Source of the DNA: Amoeboaphelidium protococcarum X5
Taxonomy: Eukaryota; Fungi; Aphelidiomycota
DNA length: 64,000 nt
Direction of reading: 5' to 3'
Assembly (NCBI GenBank): GCA_023515725.1
Contig: JALDTO010000098.1
Location: forward strand, 1,204,164-1,268,163
Shown here: positions 53,001 to 64,000 of the stretch, piece by piece
How the letters are laid out: each line of letters begins with the position of its first letter
Position numbering within the stretch: position 1 is the first letter of the stretch
The notes under the pieces: model-generated
Seen by the model: only the letters and a program-made list of their open reading frames with translations
Told to the model about the DNA's origin: nothing
Databases searched by the model: none
Program-made: the position numbers and the translations under genes

Positions 53001-53973
53001 GACTGAAGTTATGCTCATGGTCATCAATCTGAGGGACATCTGCAACATCTCTAGTGTCAAAATACATCTTCCCAAAGATTTAAACAGTTCTCTTTCTAGA
53101 GGGTAGGTTGGTGCCACTGTAGATGAGGTTTGCCGCAGATTTGATGGCTCTGTTCTATTGCTGGATCCAGTGAAGGATATGAATATCAAAGACGATACTT
53201 TTAATCAACTTCTCCATGATATTAGAATGCATGGTGAGATTGTTGCTAACAATGCTTATGGAATTGCCGGTGAAAGAGATCCGTAATTGCACCAAGATTA
53301 TCAGAACTACCTGCACAAGATGGATTTGAAAAAGAAGCATGATGCTTTGTAAAAGACTTTGGATGATACTCAGTCTATATTACAATTGGATGAACTGAGG
53401 CATAGAATCGATATCCTCAGGCGACTTGAGTACTTGGACGAGCGCGATCTGGTCAGCTTGAAAGGAAGAATAGCTTGTGAAATTACAACTGGCGATGAGC
53501 TGGTGATTGGTGAACTGCTGTTCAATGGTGCCTTTAATGATCTGTCCATACCGCAAATTGTGGGCCTTCTATCTTGTATTGTCACTCAGGAACGGTCCAA
53601 CAATGAAGTTGTGCTGCGATCAGAGATGGTTGACTGTGTGAGATTGTTGAAGGATACGGCGCGTAAAGTTGCATAGCTATCCGTGGAGTGCCTTTTGCAG
53701 ATTGACCCTGAACAGTACGTGAATGATTTCAGAACTGATATGGTCAACGCTCTCTATGCCTGGGCGGATGGAGCCAAATTTAGTGAAATCTGTAAAATGA
53801 CAGACATCTTTGAAGGTAGTGTTATAAGGATTATTCGTCGACTTGAAGAGTTGCTACGTCAGATGGTGGCGGCTTCCAAGTAGATTGGAAATCAGCACTT
53901 GGAGGAGAAGTTTACCGAGTGTGGCGACAAGATTAGACGCGACATTGTTTTCGCTGCCAGTTTATACTTGTGA
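50086..53973 (+). CDS. MTR4: Exosome RNA helicase Mtr4
   Basis: [44 protein letters not shown], terminal [11 protein letters not shown]. Introns 50701-51058 and 51437-51729. Confidence 0.96.
50825..50920 (+). ncRNA. Intronic box C/D snoRNA with two guides (18S Am541-equivalent, snR41-like; 5.8S AAGAmACG site)
   Basis: C box GTGATGA 50830; guide CTGCGTTCTTC plus D' ATGA 50854 (antisense to 5.8S GAAGAACGCAG); C' GCGATGA 50883; guide CAATTGTTCCT plus D CTGA 50913 (antisense to 18S AGGAACAATTG); ~20-bp flanking stem. Confidence 0.85.
51520..51618 (+). ncRNA. Intronic box C/D snoRNA, guide for LSU GUAAmCUAUGAC (snR63/U46-like)
   Basis: C box ATGATGA 51525, C'-like GTGATGC, guide GTCATAGTTAT just upstream of D box CTGA 51610; complementary intron flanks. 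Confidence 0.78.
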
Positions 53974-54180
53974 TAATATTATATAGAGTCGCTTTGCTGT
54001 TTACTTTCCATGTTATTCAGTGTGGCTTCTTCTACTTTACATTTTCGTCAGTGATCACTTGACCACTTCTTTGAATTTGGCGGCCCCTGAATAAATACGG
54101 CGACACCTATCACTACCCTCCTTTTAGTTACTTTTCCATATCTTACTGCAGTCTTATACTATTCTAACCGTTACATCAAA

Positions 54181-54435
54181 ATGGATTCATAATCTCAATC
54201 TCCGTCTTAATTGCGCGCATATTTTGAAAAGGTACGTTGTACGGCGTCTTATATTTTAGTGATTATAAATTTCCTTTTATTCAATCATTGAGTGTAGCTG
54301 GCGCATCCTCCAACACCAAGCAAATCGAAGTGGTCCCCGTCAAAGTGCTCCTCTCCTGAGGGCCTTTACGTGAAGAATCCGAATCTTATGTAAAAGGGAC
54401 CTCCCCCTAAGAAGACTTTTGCTGAACTTCCATGA
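54181..54435 (+). CDS. Small 62-aa protein ending GPPPKKTFAELP
   Basis: AAAATG context at 54181, phase-0 intron 54232-54297 (GTACGT...TGTAG), TGA 54433-54435. Confidence 0.7.
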
Positions 54436-54557
54436 ACCAATAAAATGAATAACCCGTTTAAATGTGTGAATTGAGTGATTAAAGTTGATATTTCATATCA
54501 GATTGATTTTTTACTAACATGGTTGTGTACAGTATTGTTTCGCCGAAGTAGCTCTCC

Positions 54558-56700
54558 GCACACCAATTTTCGTTCTGCGCATTCGCTGCTTGCTTCAGAT
54601 GATCGAGCATGGTCAATGTTGTATATGTAAGTAGTTTTCAATTATGCTGAAGTTAGCAACTCGCTGTGCTGTTACATTCTACTCTTTAGGATCGCGCAGT
54701 AAACTCCAGGTGAGGCGGCACAGCACCCAGTGACTATTAAGCAGCATAGGCAGTAAGAAAAGGTTAGAACACCATAAAGCTGCCATTACTCAAAACTTAG
54801 TGGATTCTGATAGTGAAGCACCTGTCTACTCTCCGATCTCAGCCTGGAATGTACAGTTTGCGGTTTAATCACATCTCTGTCAATTGGCAGACTTCACAAA
54901 CGCGCATAAGCTCACTCACTGTTATAACTCGATAATATTTAAAGAACAAGTATATCATCGGATGCGCTACACGCTGATACCAATGAAATTGGCCAGCAAT
55001 TGAGTTGTGATCCTGTTCCCGGTGCTTGAACTTCAGTTTTGACCATGCGCGGCTATTACGGCTCAATCAGTCAACTATAGTGCCACCATATAACATTCTT
55101 ACCACTCTAGGACTTGATGGATCTATGGATTAGACTATACAGATTCTATAAAGTCTTACTTCAAGTGCTAAATCGCCAGCCTCGAAAGGTGAGATACTTT
55201 AGCCACATATTCTGGTTAAAGTCAAAAGATTAGCTATAAAACATGGCTAAAGCGTCTGGTACCATGAGGAGTGATGTTGAAACACTAATACTTGACGGAT
55301 AGGTGTAGTTTTGAATGCTCTTTAGAATGGTACTATTAAAAGTGGTCAAAGACTGACTGGTGACCATTTGAGAGCGGCGAGAACTCCAGTTTTGACTACG
55401 CGCAGCCACTCATTGCGCCATTGAGAGCGTCTTAGTGTCAAACTGCTCACTCACAACGGCAAAATTCATGCTAAGCATTTGCCGACTGCCTTGGGAAATT
55501 CAGTATGGTCAAAAGTGTATATCCAAGTAGTTTCCAACTGTGCTCAAGTTATCTACTCGATGTGCTGTTCCATTCTAACTGATAGAATTGCTCGGTTAAC
55601 TTTAAGTAAGGCCGCGCGAGCCAGTGTCTAGCTATTAGAATTGCACGCAGACAACATCAATACTCATGCTGCGCATTCGCTGGTTGCTGTGGGTGATTCA
55701 ATATGCTTAATATTGTGTGTCTAAGTAATTTTCAAGTGTGATGAACTGGTCTGCTCACTGCGCTGTCATATTCTAACCTCTAGAATTAGCGGCAAAATTA
55801 AAAAAATTCGAAATTGCATAACGCGCATACGATCGAGTAATACATGCCTGCCAAAACGCTTAGCTGACTGAGTAAAAGCAAAGTTCAGCCCATAAGACTC
55901 TTTATGGACTAGTTGGAAAGCTATTATCCCGACTTTGTTAAGAAGTTCAAGTTCCTATCTGCCTCTTTCAAGGCTACTAAATCCATTCTTCAGGATCGTA
56001 TCATTAACGTGTTAGATGCGATTGCTAAGGACATTGAGTCTAAGGAAGGGGCAGAAAAGCTGTGGAGTAATTCTGGACACAGGCAAATCTAGATTTAACT
56101 AGGCTTGGCTGCCTAGACTATGGTACATCCGCGAAAACGAAAGTGTCTTGATCAAACCAGATTATTAATTGCTGATATCATAGAAAGTACCTCCGCCTGG
56201 AGCTGCGAAGTAAAGCGCGTAAAATTTATATCAAGGTGAGAGTCCCAACAGCTGTAAGCAAAAGTCATGGAAGATTATAATGATGCAGAAAGGGAAGCCT
56301 AAGATATTTCTATCCTAAACATTTGCATCCTCATTGCCCAAGAAGATCGCCCCTACCACCGATGGCTTAAATCAACCTACGGCCTCTGCAATGATCGATC
56401 CGCAGGAGTATCATCGACAACAGCTGGTACAAGATGAACAAGTAAGTGCTAATATTTAAATGAAAACTTGGACTCTAGCCGTCAAGGCAACAGGATCTTG
56501 AGAGAACAAGACCTTATAATCTATAAATTAGGCAGCTCACTCCTACAACACCAATACTCATGCTGCGCTTTCGCTGACTGCTGTGAGTTGTTTAAATGGT
56601 ATATAGCGAATATCTAAGAAGTTATCGAATGCACTGAATGAACAAATAGTCGCGTCGAATTATTAGTGTGATATTAAAACATTACATTCTAATCTTACTA
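54558..56700 (+). repeat. Four diverged ~130-150 bp dispersed repeats (~54558-54689, 55447-55585, 55650-55783, 56536-56700)
   Basis: Shared core CAATACTCATGCTGCGCATTCGCTG...AAGTA.TTT.CAA...GCTGT..CATTCTA; copies 1-3 end in TAG. Confidence 0.7.
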
Positions 56701-56853
56701 TATTGATAACCGACTTTAAAGGAAATAGAAATAAATCTCACGGTGATATGAGTAAAAGTACTTGTTATACATCTTTATTCAGATTATTTTACTACTATCA
56801 TAATCAAAGAGCAGGGACCGATACTGCGAATAATGCAGTAACAATCACAATGC

Positions 56854-59800
56854 TCAACCAAACAACCCATTCACTTCTTCATCATTCAAAATCTTGGTAC
56901 GCGTCCTGGTGGCAAACTTCTTTGGAAGATGTGTAGTGTCCAGCTGTGTCTTGAAGAACTACCCACTGGTAATTCCCAGAGCTTCTCGCAACACCTTTCG
57001 CTATGCATTAGGAGCATTACTTGCACTCAGCTTCTGCGCAAACGTCTACCACGCAGCGTCCGTCTACAAACTACTGACCGCTTACTGCAAACTAGCCTTA
57101 ATGACAAGCGGTGCAGTCTTGTTTATATTCTTGATTATATCAAGTATTAACGCAATAACAGTGTCGTGCACCTCCTTGAAGTACTCCTCGGATAAGCATT
57201 TCAATGTTCCATATAGAACGTCAGTGCATAAAAATTACTGCAACGCCGAAGTCTACTACTGTTACTATTATTATTATTATTATTACAACTACGACTACTC
57301 AGCCAGAATAGGGACAAGCTTCGAGAGAATGCGGCACGACAGAGTAATGCATCTACAATCCTTCCAGTTGAATGAGTACACTAGTCCATATAGAAGTGGC
57401 TCAAATACAGCCTAATCTGACAGTATAAATCCGGCCAGAGACTTGTATACACCGAACTCTTCAGATAGACGACGCTACAACGAATCTTTGGCCAAATTAT
57501 GAGTATGCTATGGAGCATCCACTAGAACACTCTTTTTGCCGCCCTTAACATCAAGTAGTCGATTCTGCACAAAGACACAATTCCAAACGTCAAAGTATGC
57601 ACGGCTCAAGTCTCTCAGCAGCTTAAGATTAACAACTTCATCATTAACATTTTATCCACTAACAGTGACTGATTACTATCTCTGTTGTCGCAGGTCACCA
57701 CCATCTTCCGCATCTGTGTCCACCAACACTGAGGCTGACACGGCTCCCCATTCCCTATTCAACTTTTCGGCAATGAACTTGGTAACAGATGGCAGGATGG
57801 GATGCAGAAAATCTTGGTAATGCTCAGGTGGACAATTCAAAATCAATGGCTTCATAATGACAAGTAGAATCTACTTCCAATGATATATTGGTAATTCTTA
57901 TGCCACTTCAAACATATTTTCCATTATAGTCTAAGCGATTGAAGGAATGCCGTAGAAATAGTCTCCCGGCACCAGATACATACACTGGCCGATTAATCCA
58001 TACAGCTACTCCCTCAGATTACGCAGCCAATTCTGCATAAATCCTACCCACTCAGGCAGAGTCTTGAGCTATACGATTGGCTTTCTCTGTGCTTTGTCTT
58101 GAAATTACTGGCTTCCAGTATTCTCAAAATCCTCTCCACCATCAGCGATACCTAGAATCATTTACTTTTCCATCTCAGTGATGGATAATACTTACTTCAA
58201 GTTCTAATCAGAGGCATCAGCAAACATACTCTAATGCCACAAATACTGCACATATCTCATCACTGTGATATAAACTGGAAACATCGCTCTAAGATTGCAT
58301 ACCCACGGAGATTACGATAGCAAGGCAAGGCGTTCTTCTGCATTAACACTTCTGCCCATTTTCACACTACGAGCCAGGCAAGACTTATACACTGAGATGC
58401 TAAACGTCAACTTACTCTGAAATTAGCGACAAGCAATCAACTTCTCAATGGAGCCGGCGGCATTACGAGCCAGAAGCTTAAGAGCTTCAATACCAATCGC
58501 CTTATAGAACGAATCGCGGCTAGATATAGCACTTAAGAAAGCCTAATCAGATTAAATATCGCTGAGAGATTGCTCATATATGATCTAGTACAGCTGTTAC
58601 TTTCGCTACCCATCCAGATTCTTGGAGTTGAATACAATTGCAACAAGGAATTCTACCAAGTACGCCTTCTCTCCATGATGCAATACATTAGAACCGTATA
58701 ATCGATCAACCTCGGCCTTAATTTGATCATAAATGCCAACAAATATGTCACTAAGTTCGATGCCTAACTTGAGGACACAGACACCAGCTTTACGACGCAG
58801 AGATAAAGTGTCTTCAGAGAGCATATCGACATCTGCACCAGCCTCCTAATTATCACTTCTCCTATAGACCACAAACCCAAAGACTTTCTACAGGACAGAC
58901 AGAGCCAAAGAAGGAGGATGATCATTCAATAGCAATGGAGCAAATGCCACCATACTGTCAAGTTACTTTCCCAATATCATTGTATCATCACTTTTATACT
59001 CAAACTTGAATAGAGCGTCTAGTGACTGCTCGGTGTAAGCAATAAGAGCCTACTTGACCTCAGCATTGTCACCCGCGTTTTTAAATCCACCAATGACAGT
59101 CTAAAGAACGACCGCCAAGCATTCCCATTACATATAGAATTTAGAATCCGTACTTGACGCCTTGTTAGAATTGATCTATTGCGGTTTAACGGCTCCTTAC
59201 AGACTATGCTGAACAATACTTGTTAGCAGCTAAAAGCTTTATTGCATAACAATTAATGGGCAATTGGCAGTGAATTGAGCCAATAAAGGACACATGAGAC
59301 TCTTGTAAGCTCCGAACCCATTGTAAAATGCGACCGTAGAATCTCCATACTCAATGTAATTATAGAAATTACTCATACACCTTTGGGACTATCCATCTGC
59401 GGCAGTACCACTAGCAGAATCAGACTAATCTTCCTCATCGTCTGGATCCTTTGGCACAAACTAATACTTATTCATCTTGGATATCAAGAGACTGATCAGC
59501 TGATTTTAAACAGCTAAGAATAGTGAGCTCTCACTAAGAACTTGTATTCTCAACATACTCGTCCATACTTATAAAGCTATTTGAGATACTTCCATAGACT
59601 AATGAGATGTCAGTAGAAGCAGAAATGACAGATAAGGCTGAAAGTACTCAGGAACTTTGTCAACTCGTTTGTGACAAATCATATGCACACCGACAATATT
59701 CCATAGTTCTGAAAATCTCAACTACAACTAGTAGTCCTCCTGAATGTACTAGTCAAAGTCATCAACCTGAGCAGCGTCTCCCCTGCACAACTACCAAGCC

Positions 59801-60849
59801 TACTGCAGCAATACCATTCCACCATTACTCAACACATATTTCAACACTAGCTCATAATTCAGCGTGATGTCTGAATACTTTCTAGAACATATAGAGAGAA
59901 TACAATCCAGGGAGGCCGCCCGAATTTTGAATGACGGATTAATGGATAGTGACCACAAGTTTTTAACCAGCTCCGTATCTCTAATAACATCAATGGGCAC
60001 CCATTCAATGTAAGCATTTATAGTTTCGAGGCACAGAACAGACATCAGTTCACCACCAGACTATGACACCTACAAGCTAGACGCAAGCAACTTCATGATC
60101 CTCATAAACCATCCCTCATTCGCAGAAGATATGCCACACGCTTAGTATACTTCCGCTGGAACATTTAAAGAATTGGCTTATGCATAATCCACAGGTGCTG
60201 GACAGAATATCGCAATCATGGCATTACGCAGATCATCTTTTCGTTGCGAGGTAATCGGAGTCACGTAGACAAATGTATCCTGAGCAATATATTAAATGAT
60301 ACTAAGCACCAAGGACTTTTGAAGGTCATCAGTAGACTGGAACATCTTCATGAGCCAGGCATCTAAATCAGACCAGTTCTGAGGCCATTCCCTCTCAACA
60401 ATTTCAGCAAAGACATGCGCTGCTTTATCAATAAGAAACCTGCTGGTATTAGCCACGTCCATTCCACCCTCAAGCAAGTCCACTAGAGCCTATTTAATCT
60501 GCACCTACTACTCCTAGCTGTACATCGTCCACTAATAACGGATGCAATCTTCAAGCAACTGCAGACCAAAGAATCTAACAGTATCTGGTTAAGAATTGCC
60601 TTTATGCGCCAGGAAATGTCCATACAAAGGTGCTACGGGATCTTTTTTTACTTGTTCACAAAACTACACGTAGATGGTTCACATACCACACACGGGTGAG
60701 TGATATTTGATGATATAACCAAGTTATGGAACCATTTAGGTAACTTTAAATCTTACATCCTGGGCAGCTCTACGTTCAGAACTACTAGTATTCGGTGCGT
60801 ATATAGTCTACAAAGCAAGTACAATACGTTCCAATTGTTCTTTGTTCAT
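56854..60849 (-). CDS. XPO5: Exportin-5/Msn5
   Basis: ALQTIYAP...RRAAQDFCEQVK, VRFFGLQLLE, EIVEREWPQNW, YIEWVPI, QNWLRNLREQ.Y..IG, LPIYHWKQIL; intron 60664-60756; TGA 56856-56854. Confidence 0.88.
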
Positions 60850-61247
60850 AATAAGAATGTTCTACTTGAATGTGTACTGAATGATACGTTCGCTGTTCAG
60901 TGTGATTGTGAAGAAGAAGAAAACGGGCTCAGCGTGACAGAAGAAAAAATCTTTTCCCGTTCCGTTTCACCGGTGACAGCGCTGTTGTGCAGCAGAAGAA
61001 AATTTGTCGCTCGTCAACTCGGCAACCTTGCAGATCCCCGTTCATGCCTGGCCGGCCGGTTTGATGTTACATCATTATTATGGTCTTCGCGTATGACTAC
61101 TTTCCACCGCGCATTTTAGTACTCTAGGCGAACTTTACCAATTCATTACATGCCCATTGAATCATAATGAGAGAAAATTAAAAAACAATTTAGCATTGAT
61201 TTAATATAAATTTAGTATCGTAAAGCCTGGAGGTTACATTCCTGTAT

Positions 61248-62465
61248 TCACTGACTTGATCTAAGGCGGAGATTGCTAATTATTTCGCGCAAAGAGCTAA
61301 ATCTTGAAGGGACGGGTAGACGCGTGTTAAGATACAAAAATCCAGGGCCAGTGATTCTATACAGAGCATCTTTATCACCCAGAACGCGTCCTTTAACTTG
61401 ATAATATGAGCCGTACATGAGTGATCTAGCCTTATTCAGCGCCCAATACTGAAGATACTGTGACAGCGAAGCACCAGGCAATACTTCATCTTGATAAATA
61501 TTTTAAACAAATAATGCAACCGGTTAATTTACTAAACTCCAAGCCAACATATGATGCGGATTGACGCAATACTCTTCATTCTCACCGAGTTGTATTCTAA
61601 CAATGGAACCATAAGGCGACTAGATGAACACTTTACCACCACCAGATACTTACAAATGTCCAATCTTGGGCTCAACAGATAGTCCAAGAGGAGAACCAAG
61701 TCTGTAATTCATTTCAACATTATCAGTCACACCCAAAAATGCTTCGCTCTTCACAATGACAGGAGGATTGCGGTTATGAGACAATTATGACTCAGAATCC
61801 ATACCAAGGTCCAGCACTTGACAATCTCCGATAGAAGATGGTCTCAAAAGCAACTGAATTGGACAGATTTATTTTTCATTCTTATTCGCAATATTTTAAA
61901 TCTACAAGATACAATCAAAAGTACAGCCATCAGATTATAAAGTAAAATAAAAGACCATGGTTATAGTGATTACCTTTGTAAGAGCGAATGGAAGTCCAGC
62001 GAATTTGCGCATAATACTGTTGTCATCAACCACGGTGCTCATTCTCAACTACCAATACTCTCAATTAATAACACACGGAAAACGTCAATATTATAGAGCA
62101 TAATATTTATTGACAAAACTTACTTCAGCTGAAGAGCCAAGCACGACACGCGGCCGAGTTATCACACCTTGCCCAGTTGATAGATTGACTTTAATCAAGG
62201 ATCCTACTCAATAATAGTTATCACAGAAGGTTAATTAATACTCAGACTCGGATAAAATTCAGAATAATAGAATACCGTGTCCTTAGTTGATAACTTCACA
62301 TTATGGCAGTTAATTAGGTTGTTTAACCACAGTTTAAATATTCTCAGCTTCAGAAGAAGCATATTTCACATCTTGTTGGGCCTGACTACCGCTGCAATAA
62401 CGTCTTGAAGAGACAGAACACCTGCGACTGACATAACACTTGACCAAACTAGTACAGCTTTTCAT
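61248..62465 (-). CDS. Mitochondrial AIM24-family protein (several short introns)
   Basis: Basic Ser/Arg-rich presequence-like start; LQVSGGGKVFI, LGENEEYCVNPHHMLAW, RITGPGFLYLNTR. Confidence 0.78.
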
Positions 62466-62992
62466 TTTAAATGTATATATGTGAGGATAGACGGGAGTAT
62501 ATATACCACGAAAATCTATACAACAAAGACTGATGATTTACAGGTATGAACAAAGAACAAAAATTCAAGCCGACAATGATTTGCGTAAAAGTATCACTAG
62601 AAACGGCTCAATTGAACAATAATACTTGAAGCGCGATGACTCGACAGCTTACCGTCAAAGACCTCGCAATTGACTATCGATGACAGTAGAAGAACAGCTA
62701 TTGTAAGAAGCCAGCGGGCTTAAGGGGAAACCAAATATATTCGCTGCAGACTGGCTAAAGTACCTAATGTTCACAGAAAACGGATACAGCGGCTTGGTCA
62801 CTTACTCCATATACGCTTTACATTGATAATTGGGTAATGCTGCTTGGTATAATGGCCATTTATTGATTGATAGTTTTCATAAATACTGTAGTCGTGCTTG
62901 AATTAAAATAAAATCAGCGAAAGCGCAGCAAGGGCACATTGTAAGTAAAAAACATATTTCAACAATTACCATAATAAGTTCTATTATAAAAG

Positions 62993-64000
62993 ATGACAAC
63001 GCCCGTTTTTAAAGATATATTGGAGGACGAATGTGAGATAAAAGTCCGCGTATATGGCCGCGAACAACACATGGATAACAGCATTGCAAGTGATCAATAA
63101 TCTACCGCCAGCTTATATCTGGAAGCCGAAATGCTCGAGAGGCAATCTCTGCTCTAGCCACTTGCCTAAGTGTATGCTGCGAGAAGATAAGAATTTGAAG
63201 AATTCGTACAAGGCCCTAGATGCACTATAGAAACACGCGTTGATATTGTGGATGGCTAGGCCCCTGGAAGCGTAAAGTTCATAAAAAATCCTGGGGCTTC
63301 CAAACTAGTCCATACGCTTTTTCATCCGTCCACATATAGGTCTGTGTAATCTCTTGGGTACGGCAGTGACGGCCTTGATGGTTTAGCATCGTTTCTGGGT
63401 GTTGGTGAGAACTGGAAAGCTGCAGCCGCGTATTGTGAGGCTGATACCCGAGTAATTTATCGGCTTAGTAGACTTCAGCAAAGTGCCAATGAGTCTTCAG
63501 CCATAATTTAAGTACGCTCGTTGATAGGATTTGCGGCTTGTTAAATGTTGAGTCAGATATCCTTTGTGAAAACTCTGCCGTCATTGGTGGAATTATGTGT
63601 GATTAATCTTATGATTACGGTTCAAACATGGACATATATTTTGCTTAAGGTCCGGGTAATAATCCTCAAACTCCTATTTACTTTGGCACTGAATTGAAAA
63701 CTCGCAATAGCTATCCGGATGGCCATCTCTAATCGCGTCTTGCTCAAGTTCTTGCTGCCGTATACTCTCTTAATGCACCGATATTATTGACAACACCGTC
63801 TCAATTTAAAGTATTTGTCGAGAATAAGGATAGAGATGCCATATTTACGTATCCGTAATATACTCCTAATAATGACGAATCTGAGTCTACTGCTTCAAGT
63901 CATTCTGATCATGTCTCTGGCAATCTAATTAAAGCACTTGTGATCCTTTTGTCGCGTTTGGGCAATGTTAAGAAGTTTCCAAATTCCGCGCGCACTAAGT
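62993..64000 (+). pseudogene. PD-(D/E)XK-like hypothetical protein with an apparent frameshift near 63510; runs off the window
   Basis: The frame from ATG 62993 is open to SANESSAIIQ. Coding-like text continues in the -1 frame: LVDRICGLL...IGGIMCDQSYDYGSNMDIYF...YFGTELKT...FKVFVENKDRDAIFTYP. Confidence 0.5.

Noticed and set aside
54558-56700. CRISPR-like array
   Set aside because: The units are long, diverged and irregularly spaced, the context is eukaryotic, and there are no cas genes.
56894-57415. 173-aa plus-strand ORF with poly-Tyr
   Set aside because: It is the antisense of the TAA-encoded poly-Gln region of exportin-5.
676-60849. Mass pseudogenisation suggested by frequent in-frame TAA/TAG
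   Set aside because: These codons sit at conserved Gln positions in essential genes with no frameshifts; this is codon reassignment.

Overview
Gene-dense eukaryotic DNA with short GT-AG introns. TAA and TAG are read as glutamine and only TGA terminates, so the supplied standard-code ORF track is fragmented. The gene set looks fungus-like (Holomycota). Together with the TAR=Gln code, this points to an aphelid such as Amoeboaphelidium protococcarum (inference). Re-read with that code, the window holds about 20 genes: CCT8 3' end, a 3.1 kaa MyTH4-FERM myosin, a Bem2-like RasGEF/RhoGAP, PP1 inhibitor-2, a PPR protein, OST3/6, a divergent G-alpha, TCF25/Rqc1, VAP, TMEM19, a formin, RPC31, MTR4, exportin-5, AIM24 and three secreted proteins. 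It also has tRNA-Lys(CTT), two intronic C/D snoRNAs and some decayed sequence. Highlights: (1) an intact stand-alone Fanzor (eukaryotic TnpB-family RNA-guided nuclease) at 23639-25876, invisible in the standard code, with a complete RuvC D-E-D triad but no zinc finger; (2) a myosin tail carrying ten WH2/VASP-like helices spaced by polyproline; (3) a secreted GH134-like (mannanase/lysozyme-fold) domain on a repeat stalk; (4) MTR4 introns folded as long hairpins around snoRNAs; (5) four diverged copies of an intron-like repeat at 54.5-56.7 kb. All family calls come from motif recognition by eye; no searches were run.
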